63,934 nucleotides of DNA, filler included, from Salisapilia sapeloensis CBS 127946 (GCA_023334545.1; 14 parts of 14 records of this genome joined end to end with filler, not necessarily neighbours in it); one strand, 5' to 3'. Positions 32,330 through 45,459 are shown, numbered from the whole stretch's first letter. Notes: generated by a model not told the origin, from the letters alone. Numbers and translations are program-made.

Positions 32330-33266
32330 NNNNNNNNNNNNNNNNNNNNNNNNNNNNNNNNNNNNNNNNNNNNTTAATTAATTAANNNNNNNNNNNNNNN
32401 NNNNNNNNNNNNNNNNNNNNNNNNNNNNNAGATTCCACTGAGACCGGGACCACATAGTCGGTGCCCTGTTCGTACTAGATGGTCTAGGGTACTCCATCCG
32501 TCTTGGCCTTCTTGCGACAACTACTGTTGATCCGAACTTCCTATCGACAAGCCGATGGTGATAATCGGATTGCGGTCGATAGTAAGATAGGCTTTTATCC
32601 TGACGAGGCTGATACTGATTTGGGAAGCCGAAAGATGGCTAGTTTCACATAGATTCTGTATAGACATACTTGGATGCTTTATATTAAATATTAAGAAGGC
32701 ATTGGTTGTGAATTGCGCTGAAAATGCCGAAACAAAGCAGTGACCTCTAGCCGATATCACCACTGCGTTTGTAGGAGGATGATTATGAATCTGTCACTGA
32801 ATGGAGATCAGTGGTAAACGCACGAGAAAGCTTTGGAAATTCTACACTTTGATAGAAAAGTTGCTGATAAGTACCTTAGAAATATCCATTTGGTATTATA
32901 TTAGTTCTCAAGTTGTGACGGTCGGTACCCGCGATGAACTCTTGCACCATTCCGTGAACGCTAGATTGCACAGATAGCTATTTCGACTCGACGATAGGTA
33001 TCAATCTTCGTAGCTCATAATGGACACCAATGATACCTTTCAAGTGTCTACAGATAGTTCTGGATACGCTATGCTCTCAATGCACTACTACAGTGACTCC
33101 ATCCAATGGAACTCTAGAAAGGAAGTACCACGAAGGTAGCCTGCTGTAGCTACCATCTACTATCCGATGTGACAGGTATTATTTATTTGAAGAGGTTTTC
33201 TTTCAAGACCACTAGTCAGACAGGGAACAGCACGATCAAGTGCCAAAACAGAGTGAAGAGGCGGCG

Positions 33267-33569
33267 ATGACCCGAGGGAACCAGCGAGAGGTCGATCGCG
33301 CAGTAAGTGTTTAAGTCAGCACTGCTACATCGCCACCCCATTTCCTGACATTGCTTGGTGTTACTCTCTAGCGTGCGCAAGCGAGACAATCAAAGAACTC
33401 AAAGTCTGCACCAAAAGGTGATCCGAATGCTAAAAGAGAAGCGGACGCCAAGGCTTTGCAAGAAAAGATCGCTCGAAAAGCGGCCCAAAAAGAGGCTGCA
33501 GAGAAAGGAGGTGACGCGAGTGGCGGTGGGAACAAGGGCGGAGGAAAAAATGGGAAAAAGGGCAAGTAG
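33267..33569 (+). CDS. SERF: Small EDRK-rich factor (SERF/4F5 family), 77 aa, 2 exons
   Basis: 'MTRGNQREVDRA' + intron 33303-33371 + 'RAQARQ..KREADAKALQEK'. This gene is missed by the ORF track. Confidence 0.85.
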
Positions 33570-33748
33570 CTGCCAAGTACGCGACTTGCTGTATTTTTCC
33601 CTAGGCTCAGTAGCTCCTACGATATAGCTTAGGCTATCAAAGCAGAACGCTGGAATCAGAAAATCGTTGATGATACTTTTCTTGAGATCACGTGTATCCG
33701 AATTGCAGCCTCCAATCGCACGCATACCATTCAGCAACGGGGACGCAG

Positions 33749-34174
33749 TTAGTCCAGTAGAGTGTCTGAACACATGGCTAATTGCCGAAAGTCGTCTAGA
33801 CCAATTTGCCCGTCGTGATCGCTGTCTGCGCAAGCAATCAGAATATTCACATCTTCGTCAGATAAGTCACCTAGACCAATACGATCAAAGACTTGTTTCA
33901 ATTTATCACGACTGATCCACCCGTTGTTCTCTGGATCGAACGCTCGAAAAGCTTGGCTGATCGGATCGAAGTCTTCAACGTCATTATTGATAGTCAATTT
34001 CAGCAACATTTCCTCCGTCAGTTCTCGGTTGTCGCCTAGTAAGAGATGGATGTCTTCCACCGAATCGTAAAATAAACCCAGTCGAGACCGCAAATCATCA
34101 GCATTGACCCGTCCACAATTGCGAGAATCTAAGAAATGAAAGGCTGCTTGCACCTGAGCAGGAGTCACTAGCAC
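33749..34174 (-). CDS. EF-hand (calmodulin/centrin-like) protein; first exon unresolved (probably about 34275-34380)
   Basis: EF-hand loops 'FDPENNGWIS' and 'ADSDHDGQIGLDDF'. Confidence 0.8.
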   Translation of the reverse strand: MLVTPAQVQAAFHFLDSRNCGRVNADDLRSRLGLFYDSVEDIHLLLGDNRELTEEMLLKLTINNDVEDFDPISQAFRAFDPENNGWISRDKLKQVFDRIGLGDLSDEDVNILIACADSDHDGQIGLDDFRQLAMCSDTLLD

Positions 34175-34461
34175 TCCTCCATTCTCCTGGTCAATTTAGT
34201 ATGAGCCTGGCTTAGTGAATCATTTACGATCAATAGAAAACATTACGATACATTTTTTGGTGTCAACGACTGACCTTCCTGATACCGGCTTGAGCGTCGT
34301 GGCGTGCTAGATGTACTGTGATGGCGACCAAGGCTTTTGGGCTTCGCAGACGATGCTCGTTGGTCTTCTTTTCTTTCCATTTGTTCTTTGCGAAATTAGG
34401 CAGCGTCACGTATATTTGAAAGACATGAAACGATATTTATAAATGACATCTCTTTTGAAAG

Positions 34462-37268
34462 TTACTTTATATTTGCATATGAGTGCGTTTTATCATCGTG
34501 TAATAGACGTAAACAGGCTCTGACCAGCGATCGAACTGATGCATACGGTTGACCCGACTTTCGGTGATCTCTTGGTGTGCAAGCCACTTTAGCTAGGCTT
34601 GCATCGATTTGTTCTACTAGTGGAAGCAAGTTATTCATTTCTGCTTTCTCCGTCTCCTGATTCGGTACTTTGGAAAGCAAGCGAAGTAGTATTTGTAAAG
34701 TAATACGTAGAAACTCTTTCACATGCTTGCCTTCTCTATCGTACTCTATGGAAACGAAATGTATTAACATTGGACGAATTGTCGATCCTTGGATGTTAAG
34801 TCGAGTCGCGTTATTATCTATGGTAGTGAACATCATCAGCTTACATTTCGGCAACTACTCAGCAATATAGGGAACTCGAGAGCTTACCATTTAAAAGCAA
34901 ACCATCCACGACTTTCAAAGCCGCAATATGGAATTTTAATTCACTGTTGCTTTCAACCAAAACTCGCTCTGATGCTCTGTCTAAGATTTTCTCAAAAATG
35001 CCCCGAAAAATTGTCAGAGCTTTAGTTGGTATCTCCATTCTCTGGCCTTCCGTATCCGCATGCTCAATCCAGACAAGGCGGAAGATGTCCATCGCAACGA
35101 TGCTGCAGTTTAAAAGATGTGGTAACTTGGGATGAATATGATCTTTTGATGTTTCCATCCCTTTCATATTTTCTTGAATGGTACTTGTGTAAAAGTTAAA
35201 TGGTAGTTCACGGCAAAGATCGGTACGAATACGTCGAGCGATGGGACCGTGATGAAGAGATAGACTTTTCAGAAGTAGCAATCCCCATAGAGCGCCTTTA
35301 CTGGTCACATATTTATAATACACTGCATCACTTGCAGAGTGCTTCATCTTATGCCTATTAGTGCAACCTTGGACGAATTGATCCACATTAAAACCTTGCC
35401 AAATTTCTGGTTCGAGGTGCTGCAAGGGACAATTGTCGTAAACACGGTACAATGCGCATAATGCTGCGAGTGTCCATTCGATGCCCTGGTTGTAAAACTT
35501 TCGTCTTCGTTCATTAGAAGAGGATTCAAGGCTAGCACTTTCGTGATGGCATAACACGGCAGATACCATTATCTCTATAGGACTTGGTCCATCTTGGATT
35601 TGCATCAGAAATCTATCTCTCGCACTTTGAGTTGCTAAAAGATAGCACAAGTAAAATAGGTTTCTACTTTTCCTCGAAGACCATTTAGATTCTTGCTCAA
35701 TAAATGTATCTCTTTGTACACTATCCCATCGTTGATGAAGCAAGTCGAAAATAACCGACCGAGTTTCTTTGCTAGTGAAAAAAGGAAGTAGTATTGCTTT
35801 CAGATGTTCGTACAGTTCAGCGGTGCATGGCAACATAGCCAGCTTACTGACTTTGTACATAACTTCTAATCCATTGCAATTCATTTGCTCATTCTCTCCT
35901 TTCGTCGAAATAATAACGTCGCGAATATGGAAAGGGAGGCTTTCAGCAAAACACGCTCGTATAAATTGATTAGCAATTTCCACTTTCGATTTACTTGGCG
36001 ATAGCAATGTCACCTTGCACAACTTGCAAAGAGAGCAAAGGGTTTCCATTACCTTTAAAATCGCATCGTAGCGAGCTTTATGCCTTGAAAATGCCGCTTC
36101 TAGCCATTCCACCGTGGAAGGATGCAGCAATGCGTGCTCGATTTCGTCCAAAAACGGATCCTTATCTGAATTTTCTGTGTATTTTGCAATATATGTACGC
36201 TTTTCAGCGACCAAAGTACAAACAAAGCCCATTGTCCATAACTGCACTTGTACATCTCCTATACAAGCTCGTGCAGTTTCTATCAAGGTGCACTGTTCCA
36301 ACAACAATTGCTTCATAATATCGCGCTCTGTCTCCAAAGCTAAAACTACGTCCATCTCTTTTTTGTACTGCTTTTCGCAAATCCTCAAGTCGTCCATAGT
36401 AACCTGGAGCACATCCTTCTGAAATGTAGTAAATACATCTTCCTCTTGATGTAATAAAGATTGCTGATCCATGAAGTAGTCATTTCGAATCTGCATGCTT
36501 AGTTCGGCACGTTCTAGTCTTTCCTTCATCTTCTTTTCTACTAGATGAGCTTGCTCGCGTCGAATACTCTCTTCATTCCAATGGCTCTCTGTTTCTGCTA
36601 GTTCCATTTCCAGTCGATCGCGAGCAAGCATAGCTTGACAATATCGCTCTTGAGCAGCTTCGCTTTCTTCAACAAGCTTCCGTTCCTGCTCTTCTAGCTC
36701 TGCTTTCGTTTGCCGCAACGGAGCAAGAACACATTCGTCAATCGTGCTAAATGCTGCAATATCGTACGGCGCCCGGCCTTGCTAAGTTGTAGTCATTCGA
36801 ATGTTAGTACTGGTCTTTAAGAATGAGGATAATTCCGCGTTATCGTACACAATCAAGAGCAGTTATGTCCGCATCGTACTGAAGCAGAAGCTGGATCATG
36901 TTCGCTTTATTGTACTTGCATGCAATGTGAAGTGGAGTAAAGCCAACTTTGTTCGCAACGTCGATGTCTACTGTATGCCCAAGCGAAACTTGGGTTTGAG
37001 GCTGCAGCAGCCACTCGGCCATGTCTTCAAATCCATACTGAGCACAAACATGGAGGATAGTTCCATCTGAGTGGGATGTGTGCTTCAATGTATTTACATT
37101 TAATTTTCCTCCTTGCGCAGTAAGCTTGTTCTTCACCCGTTTTACATCGTTCTCCAAGACAGATACCCATATCTCTTTAATCACTTGCACGAGATGTAGC
37201 GGGATTCCTTCCTTCTTCTCTCGAGCGACGGGCCGTGAATCTCTCTCTTTCATTCCACTTGTGTGCAC
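34462..37268 (-). CDS. Ankyrin-repeat + coiled-coil + helical (ARM-like) protein, 3 exons
   Basis: ANK motifs 'GTILHVCAQYG' and 'GFTPLHIACKYN'. Intron 36782-36848 joins in frame to the 34859-36718 ORF, and a second intron near 34820-34890 joins the 34462-34854 ORF. Confidence 0.8.
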
Positions 37269-37408
37269 TCTACAAACTGCTGGCTATTAATAGGAAGAGA
37301 ATAGAAAGTAATCGTGTAGCTACATCACAATTCAAACGCAAAGTAACAAGTAATTGTGGGCAAATGAACTGATTTCCATTCTCTTGCTCAAGGCCTCCGA
37401 CATTGTCC

Positions 37409-38907
37409 TTACTTTTTGTACTGCATTGCAGCAAGCGCACCAGCCGCGAACGCAGCGATGGCAATGCCAACCGTGCCGATCTGAGCAGAGATGGGGACAG
37501 GACACGACTCCATCATACCGACGAGACCCTTGTGGCCAGCGACCATCGGAATATCCGATCGGAGACGCAGAATGCATTTTGCAGCCTCACCCTTCTTCGA
37601 TACCTTGTGGCCACATTCCTCGAGTGCACTCTCCAACGCCTGAACAGTGCGCAAGATGTGGTCCAAACGACGAGAGCTTGGGCCCATGTGACCAACGCGG
37701 AAGTATTGCGTCTTCACATCTTTGTGCAGACCACCCGCCAACGCCACGCCTTTCGACTTGACTTTCGGAAGTAGCTCCGGACCCGTCACTTTGCCAGGAA
37801 ATTTCACACACGTCAATGTATGCGCCGCGTTGCCAGACTGGGTCAGAAGGTCACATCCGAGTGTGGAGACAGCTTCTTGGAAGGCCTGGGCGACCATCTT
37901 GTGCTCCTTGAAGCGCTGCTCCATTCCACCGTTATCCAAAAGGATGTCCAACGCCTTGTTCAGCGCCAAAATGTGGTTGACGGCAGGAGTAGCAAAGTAC
38001 ATGGGCTTCCGGGCCTCGTAGCTCTGCATGACCGGGAGCCACTGGTGCCAGTCGACGTAGTAGTACGTTGGCTTGGTCTTCTTACCCTCGAACGCTTTCA
38101 AGGCGCGGGGACGAGCCGCGATGAGACTTAGTCCTGCAGGCACACCAATACACTTTTGTGATCCCGTGAGGACAAGGTCCAAGTCCCAGGCCTTGGCGCG
38201 GCATTCCTCGCCTCCGACCGCACAGACGCCATCGACGACGATGAGCGTGTCCGGTTGAGCCTTACGGATCTCCTTCGCCAGTGTTTCGATGTGCGTTCGG
38301 ACGCCGGTGGAAGTGTCCACGTGGGTCATCGTCACCATCTTGAACTTTTGCTTGTTTAGAGCTTGAGCAACTTCCACCGTCGACGGTTGTCCTCCCACCT
38401 ATGAAGTGAAGGTTAGAGATTGAGGCAAAACGCGATTTAATAATACATATACCTTTTCAGGACGGCAGTGCGTGACCTTTGCACCGTAGCATTCGAGGCA
38501 GTCGGCCAAGTGGTCACCAAAGTAGCCTAGATTGTGTCTATATAAAAATGATATGCTTCGAAACGATAGCGAGTGGTAGCATACCGGTGTTAATCACGAG
38601 CACTTCGTCACCCTTGTCAAGCAGATTGGCGCCAACCATGTCCCATCCAAGCGTGCCGGATCCCGTCACGATAAACGGCTGAGCGTCTTCGGCCAAAAAA
38701 ACCTTCAAGAATAAATGAACATTTAGTGGAAGATCTGCGTTATACGTCATACTAGTGCGATACCTTGCGTAGCTTTTCGAGACATTGGCCAAAGACCTCG
38801 ATGACCGCAGGATCGACGTGGGAGATCCCTTCGGCGGCGAGTTCGTTCAGGACACGGTGGTCAAACTCAATCGGACCGGGGTTCATGCACAGTTCCTTGA
38901 AAGTCAT
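37409..38907 (-). CDS. AGXT: Alanine-glyoxylate / serine-pyruvate aminotransferase (class V PLP), multi-exon, with hydrophobic C-terminal extension
   Basis: 'MNPGPIE', 'GSGTLGWD', 'HVDTSTGV', 'VDGVCAVG', PLP-lysine 'TGSQKC' and 'YFRVGHMG'. An extra upstream exon cannot be excluded. Confidence 0.9.
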
Positions 38908-39495
38908 CTACATGTTCAAAGTGCATGCATTGTCGTCAGAAGTATTCTAGTTGCGCCAAGGAGCTCTATATACCGCACATTTTAAGATCGGAGTAAGTTC
39001 CGAAGTGAGCGATATGCGTTTCGATTGATGTGAGGAAGAAATTTATACAGCATCCACAGATGTCAATACCAATTTCGACGGTTCAGATGGACATCATCTT
39101 TTGTGGATATATAGAAGATATAGTCAGAAAAATCTGCCGCCAGGTTACCGCTGGGATGCAAATGTAGACGAACTCCTTCTAGCAGCATTTATATGAACAC
39201 TAACACAATCAGTCCACCATAAAGAACGTCCTCACAGCTTAACTTCACTTCACTACGTCCATCGCATGTATTCACGCTTGACATTCCATCTCGAGTTTGC
39301 TTTTCACATCGCTATGACTGCCCGGCTGAATCCATTGCACCAACTTGGTAAGCTGTTCCGTCCAGACTGAAAGAGATCTCCCAGCAAACTCCTTCNNNNN
39401 NNNNNNNNNNNNNNNNNNNNNNNNNNNNNNNNNNNNNNNTTAATTAATTAANNNNNNNNNNNNNNNNNNNNNNNNNNNNNNNNNNNNNNNNNNNN

Positions 39496-40115
39496 CTCCT
39501 ACACAAGCTCCGACGCAGGCTCCTACGAAAGCACCAACACAAGCTCCGACGGAAGCTCCGACGGAAGCCCCGACGGAAGCCCCGACGGAAGCCCCGACGG
39601 ACGCTCCATCGGAAACCCCGTCGGGACCGTCGGCAAGCGCCTCCATGGGCTCGCCGTCCGGAGATTCTAGCTCTAGCCCATCTTCCTCGGCATCGAAACC
39701 GGATAGCACGGGAACCATTTACGTTTCTGGGGAAGCAGACATTCTGTCGACGAGTCAGGATACCGGTGTGAGCTTCGGAGCGAAGGAGAGCACGCCACCA
39801 CCATCGCCGACGACGCCGGAGACATCGACGCTCCAGAAGAAGACAACAGAGCAGTCGGAAGAGAACGTCACAAATGACGACACGAATGAAGCCAATACCC
39901 AGTCGGAAGGTACGAGTGCTGGTGGCGCTGGTCTGATCGTCGGTGCGACGGTCGCCGGTGCCGTTGTCGTGGCTGTGGTTGCGATCGTCGCCATCCGTCG
40001 CAAGAAGCGCGAGTTGGACGAGCTGGATGAGAAGTCGCCGGTGCCACAGACTGGTCGCCAAGGTGACGCCGCTTTGGTGATGAGCACGCCGCGCGAGAAC
40101 TTCTGTGTGCTCTAG
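39496..40115 (+). CDS. C-terminal part of a mucin-like single-pass membrane protein (PT[Q/K/E]A repeats, TM helix, basic tail); 5' end truncated
   Basis: 12-nt tandem repeats at 39497-39600 encoding P-T-x-A; TM 'GLIVGATVAGAVVVAVVAIVAI' followed by RRKKR. Confidence 0.82.
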
Positions 40116-40426
40116 ATAAAGACACTGGCTCCCTTTTTGACCAAACGGAATTTATGCTTTGTTGGTTGTTGGACTACCTGGTAGCAAAGGTTTTTTCATC
40201 TAGCTCGACCATTTTGACCCTCGTAGCGTAGTGCATTGATAATTGAACACGAACGAAATGTACGGAACCAATTTGCCTCTGTTTGCACAGAAGTTGTCTA
40301 AAGGATACCCTGTCTTCACGTGCGCCATACGACTTACGTGGAAGCGCCGCCGGATTGGTTAATCCTGTCATGTCATGGAGAAAAAGGTCGATACCGTCAT
40401 GAGCCGAATCCAGATGGGCTGGCGGA

Positions 40427-41293
40427 ATGATCGGATGCGCCTTGATGGATTGGGATCACGACGCATTTTCACTTTCTCCGTCCAACGCACGAACGAATTG
40501 GATGCGAATGAAAGCCTGTGACACGAACGACCGGCGGTTCCGATGCATGGAACCTGGATGCGGCAAGGCGTTTCCGCGAGCCTTTGCGCTTCGTCGTCAT
40601 GCACGCATTCATTCTGGCGCTCGCCCCTATCTGTGCGAGTTCGAAGGCTGTATGCAGTCCTTTAACACGTCTGGTAACCTGAGTCGCCACAAGCGACTGC
40701 ACAGTGGCGAGAAGGCGTACGTGTGTAAAGTCCGCAAGTGCTCCAAGCGTTTCAGCACGAACGACAAGTTGCAGGAGCACCTCCAGACACATGATGCCCA
40801 TCGGCCGCGTCTGGATTGTACAGAGCAGGATTGCCGTTTGGAGTCGGTTGACTGCTTGTTACAAGCCCATACGAAGAGCCACGCCTTTACGCTGATGACG
40901 GAGAAGCCAAGTCGCACGAGTAAGCATGTGGATGCGCCGGTGGACACGAGCAAATCTTGGTGTCTAGGGAAGCTGTCGCCACTTTCTCTGCTTGACTCCA
41001 TGGAAACTTCGAAACTGGCGTGCGATCCGAGCAAGAACCGGTTTCCGTTGATGATGTCGCCCGACGCGCAATCCAGGCCACTGGATCTTGCGTTCCCGAC
41101 TGAGCCTTCGCCAGTCGCGTCGGCGGCATGCATGGGCTATCTCGATCATCCTATTAGCCGCGTGTCGTGGGGGCAGTATGCGGTATCCCCACTACCTGGT
41201 GCTTCCTATGCACGACTGTACAGTGATGGGTACGACATTGGTTTAACAGGAGAAGAACTGAACGTTGTGTTGGAGTTGATGCAAGAGTGGTGA
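40427..41293 (+). CDS. C2H2 zinc-finger transcription factor
   Basis: Three canonical fingers (CMEPGC..HARIH, CEFEGC..HKRLH, CKVRKC..HLQTH) with HSGxRPY / HSGEKAY linkers. Confidence 0.9.
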   Translation: MIGCALMDWDHDAFSLSPSNARTNWMRMKACDTNDRRFRCMEPGCGKAFPRAFALRRHARIHSGARPYLCEFEGCMQSFNTSGNLSRHKRLHSGEKAYVCKVRKCSKRFSTNDKLQEHLQTHDAHRPRLDCTEQDCRLESVDCLLQAHTKSHAFTLMTEKPSRTSKHVDAPVDTSKSWCLGKLSPLSLLDSMETSKLACDPSKNRFPLMMSPDAQSRPLDLAFPTEPSPVASAACMGYLDHPISRVSWGQYAVSPLPGASYARLYSDGYDIGLTGEELNVVLELMQEW

Positions 41294-41529
41294 CACGGAC
41301 TGTAATCATCCAAGTGTAGTATCCTTTCTAATAGTGTTGGTAAAGTAACAAAAGCATTGACTTGCATGAATATTGATTCAGAGTACATTTATTCTTGCTT
41401 CTCTTCCTTCGAAAAACATACGCATAGTGTCTTCCATCCAACACGCTTGTTCGACAGGAAGACTGCACTATCTAGCAACGACGCACAATGTAAAACGATT
41501 GACGGATATTCATCGAGCCGGCGGTTCTT

Positions 41530-42111
41530 TCAAAAGAAGACCTCGGCATCCATCCAGCAAATGACATCGCTCGATTGTTCGATCGGTTGGACGGTCATCA
41601 ATGAGTTGTAGAGGGTATCGACCCAGTCGAGCGAATCATCCATCGACAGCACCTCATCGTCGTACAGAGGCTTGATGTTCATGGGAAACCCATCCGTGGG
41701 AGACATGGCGCGCACATCTTCCACAGGCGCAGCTTTTGGGATTTGGACCGTGACTTTAGGAGATACCTTTACCTCCCGTTGTCTCGTGTGTGCGGTCGAT
41801 CGCTTCCGGCCAATGCTCCACATGAGCTCCGGCTGATCGCGTTGAAAGAACTTGTTGGAAAAGGTGCAAGTGGTTGCTCGAGACTTTGTCCATTTCCGGA
41901 AACCAAAGTAGTTGAGTTGACGCTGGAAACTGGCGTGTTTGCGATGTTTGAAGTATTTCGGAAGAATGTAGTCTTGCATTTGGTCCATGTCGAGAATCTC
42001 GAACGCGCGTCCATCGTGCGTCCATCGCATGATCGAATCGCTCTCGTGGTCTAGTATGGTGCGAAGGCTGCGCAGGAAAGGTGCCAGGTCCTTGATGCAT
42101 TTCGTCGTCAT
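41530..42111 (-). CDS. HSF-type DNA-binding transcription factor
   Basis: 'PFLRSL..IMRWTHDGRAFEI..ILPKYFKHRKHASFQRQLNYFGFRK'. Confidence 0.92.
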   Translation of the reverse strand: MTTKCIKDLAPFLRSLRTILDHESDSIMRWTHDGRAFEILDMDQMQDYILPKYFKHRKHASFQRQLNYFGFRKWTKSRATTCTFSNKFFQRDQPELMWSIGRKRSTAHTRQREVKVSPKVTVQIPKAAPVEDVRAMSPTDGFPMNIKPLYDDEVLSMDDSLDWVDTLYNSLMTVQPIEQSSDVICWMDAEVFF

Positions 42112-42850
42112 GATTGTCTTGACTGTACCGCGGATTGTTTTAAAATGACAGAGTCGAGCACTACGTACTCCAAGCAAGCAACAGCGATACGAGCGCTAGT
42201 AGTGGGTGGGACTGGTGTCGGCGGCGTATACTGAACCCAAGTCAGGCGCATCTGAGTTCAATAGTTTTAACGCAGAAAAGCTGACGTCGATTACGTCCAT
42301 CTTCCGAGACTAGGGAAAGCGAGGAATATCCCACCCGCTTTGCAACGCTGTACGCATTCATACCAGTGCCTTTAGCACTTGTCTATTGCAGTGGGAGGCG
42401 CTGCGGAAAAGTATGGAATTCATCATGGGACACAGATAGTAGTAGTCACTGTATCTCTTCGTTTCCATTGTCTAGGTAAGCAATACAGCGTCAAATGAAA
42501 CGATCACGAATGCATTCATCTACATTTGTAAGCAAGGAAAGCAGGACAGGACAAGGTTGTCTGACGATCACTCGATCTCTTCAAACAAGTGTAATCTAGC
42601 GTGAGTTTGGATTTTCCAAGTCAACATCGTCTCAACGAAGCGTAGTCTCCAAAGAGCTGCTTCTACCCGATTGATGTTAGTAGCGTAGAGACGGGGGGCG
42701 CGTGCAATAACGTACCGCATGACCCTCCTCATTTTGACTCAACAACCAACCCCCACGCAGGTTTAGTATCTCTTCCCTTTCTCTACAAAAACTGCGCGGG
42801 GCAGTAGCTCCATGATGGAGGAATAGGGGCGGGTTCAGGCCAAAGCAGAC

Positions 42851-43778
42851 ATGCACCAGCCGTTGTCGACCGAACCGCAACCGCCCGGCAACCTTCCCGC
42901 AACACGTTTGCACACAAAAACGAACAACAACTACATGTTCCTCCGTTCGATCCAATTCGAGTCCGATGTCGGCCTCGGCCGAGTCGCCCTGGCGGCATTC
43001 GGGCTTGGATTCATCCTGGCCGTACACTTGTGTCTCTTCCTCGGTCTAGTATTTGCTCGAGAAGCCACGCGAAACGTCATGAGCGACGATCGGTGGGAGT
43101 GCTTAGTCCTTTGGACCGTCTACGTGCTCGCATTGAGCTTTTTCCATCTCATGGAGTTTCTCCTGACGGCTTCCTACCGCCCTGCAATTGTCAGCTATGA
43201 ATGTATGCTCCTGTACACTATTTATCTATCACCAGTAATATCATATATGGCGTAGCATTCCTTTTGAATCACAGTCGTGAATATCACTTGGCCGTTTGCA
43301 TGAGCATGGTCGAGTTCTGGCTCGAATTCATCTTTGCTCCAGATTGGAAGATAAGTGGATCGCTGCATGTGGTGGGGCTCGTCATCGTGGCGTTAGGTCA
43401 AGGTTTTCGTATTGCCGCGATGGCGACGGCAGCATCGAATTTCTCGCATCGGATTGAATCGATGAAGAGAAAGGAACATGTGCTCGTAACGCATGGCGTC
43501 TACAGATATATTCGGCATCCGAGCTATCTAGGCTGGTTTGCCTGGATCGTCGGCAGTCAACTATTTCTAGCGAATCCAGTGTGCCTCGTCGGCTATACCA
43601 TCGTCGGATGGGGGTTCTTTAAAGATCGCATTCCGTAAAGTTGATTGTGATGATGATAGAAAGCATGAATAGTGACGGTCAACAACATAGGTACGAAGAG
43701 ATGCTGCTTATGGACTTTTTCCCAGACGAATATCCGCAATACAAGGCACGGTCTATCAGCGGTATCCCGTTTGTCTGA
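42851..43778 (+). CDS. ICMT: Protein-S-isoprenylcysteine O-methyltransferase (STE14/ICMT), 3 exons
   Basis: The spliced product has 'YESFLLNHS', 'LVTHGVYRYIRHPSYLGWF', 'DRIPYEE..L..FF..EY..Y' and ends 'GIPFV*'. Confidence 0.92.
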
Positions 43779-43804
43779 GGTATCGACATTTCAAGACTCG
43801 TATA

Positions 43805-44537
43805 CTAGTCTTTACTTCCTTTTCTTATTTTTGTTCTTTTTCTTTGGTTTCGTTTCTGTGGGCGGGGTGCTATTTGAAGGTGGTTTTGGCGCCAACGTCT
43901 CTCCTTGCTCCACTGCATGCTGTTGTTAGTATAAAATTGTGAAAAAAGAGAGAGATGCTTTGTACCGAACGACAGGTCCATGTGGCTACATGCTGACTTG
44001 TGCGACCACTTGGACTGGACGATCGGAATACGATCACTGTCGGCATACGCAAGTGTGTCGATCAACGCTCGTTTCCGAACACTTTCCAGGTCGACCATGT
44101 AACAAACATTTTCGACCCACTCCTGAACGTTCCAACCGAGTGTTGCATCGTCCGTGGTCGAGACGTACGTCAAATCGGAAAGGTCGAGCACGATCTGTTG
44201 GAGCTGCTTCAATGCCGTTTGGTAGTCTTGCAACAGCTCCTGGAGAAAGCTTAAACTCTTTTCTAGTGAAGCGAAATGCTTTTTCAGTAGCATTTGCTGC
44301 AGGTTGCAAGACTCTTGCAAAACGCCGAGGTTGTTTTCATCTGACAGTCGAGGTATTCGCCCCACGACGTTCGCCATACTTGCTAAAATCTTGCCTCCTT
44401 CTTGATCCAACTTTGCGATATGTTGCCACTGTAGATGAGCAAGAGCATTGTAATTAGCCTACATTTTTGCATTGTAAAGAAGAGTGTACTTTGGTCAGGA
44501 ATGCCCCATGGAGCTTGAGTACCTGCTTGGTGGTCAT
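43805..44537 (-). CDS. Helical protein, possibly C1orf109/AIRIM-like; exon ends uncertain
   Basis: 'WQ....QEGGKILASMAN' and 'EWVENV....LESVRKRALI' resemble the recalled C1orf109 pattern; not confirmed by search. Confidence 0.45.
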
Positions 44538-44628
44538 ATTCGTGTTGTCTCTAAAACTCACTTTATTATATTTACTTTTGCCCAAGTAAAAGTACAAACA
44601 TTGTGGAACGATCGTAAATCTACTGGCC

Positions 44629-45138
44629 ATGTCGGACTCGGAGAACTGGAGCTCCTTCGAAGAGACGGACCCGCACGTAAAGAAGAAGCAACCATTGCCG
44701 CAACGTAAAGCGGAGGACGACACAGAAGTCGAAGCACCCGTCGGACCGTCGTTGGACTTGCGTCAGCTGCGGAATCGGCTTGTCTTTGGCGGACTCGTGG
44801 GCTTCACGACTGGCGCGACATTCGGTACGATCGATGGAGTGAAGGCGTATTCGAAAAAGCATGGCAAAATGGCGTTGCAAGGTGTCAATTCAGTCGCAAG
44901 GTCGGCTGCCTTCACCGGAGGTCTATTCTCCGTCTTCTTCTGCTCGTACCAAGGCGTCAAGACGGTCATGGAGCTGCAGCGAGGCAAAGAGGACTTTATT
45001 AACGTCGGTGTTTCAACACTCGTGGCTGGATTACCTCTCATTCGTGTGCCTGCCGTTCGTCAAAATCTGCCCTTTGGTCTGATGCTCGTGGGCATGGACT
45101 ACTTTCATGAAGAAATCGACAAGATCCGCAATTCCTAA
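44629..45138 (+). CDS. Tim17/Tim22/Tim23/PMP24-family membrane protein
   Basis: Gly-rich TM helices 'GGLVGFTTGATFG' and 'GGLFSVFFCSYQG', plus 'RGKEDFINVG'. Confidence 0.65.
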   Translation: MSDSENWSSFEETDPHVKKKQPLPQRKAEDDTEVEAPVGPSLDLRQLRNRLVFGGLVGFTTGATFGTIDGVKAYSKKHGKMALQGVNSVARSAAFTGGLFSVFFCSYQGVKTVMELQRGKEDFINVGVSTLVAGLPLIRVPAVRQNLPFGLMLVGMDYFHEEIDKIRNS

Positions 45139-45459
45139 TAGAACTGGCCTTGGTCTTTTGCCGTACATTTCGTGCAGTACAATGGGTACGAGTCATGTTG
45201 CACGAGCAGGAAAACTGCATTTGGTTGGCATGACGCCGAACCGTCGCACTTCAACTTCCGACTTTAGTATCTTTTGTTTACTTTCGTCAAAAGCAGTCTA
45301 TCAAATTCTAAATTTGAATCATTTCCTGTCATATATAAAAGTACAAGTTGGCAAATCTTGTACAGTAGTATGCATGTGCAGAATATGGACGAAAAGCTAT
45401 TCAAAAGTGTTTGCGAAACGTATTCGAGCATTCCGCAATTTCCTAGATCGAACGCAAGC

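Noticed and set aside
39497-39600. 12-nt tandem repeats as a possible array
   Set aside because: They encode P-T-x-A mucin-like repeats inside a CDS; there are no unique spacers.
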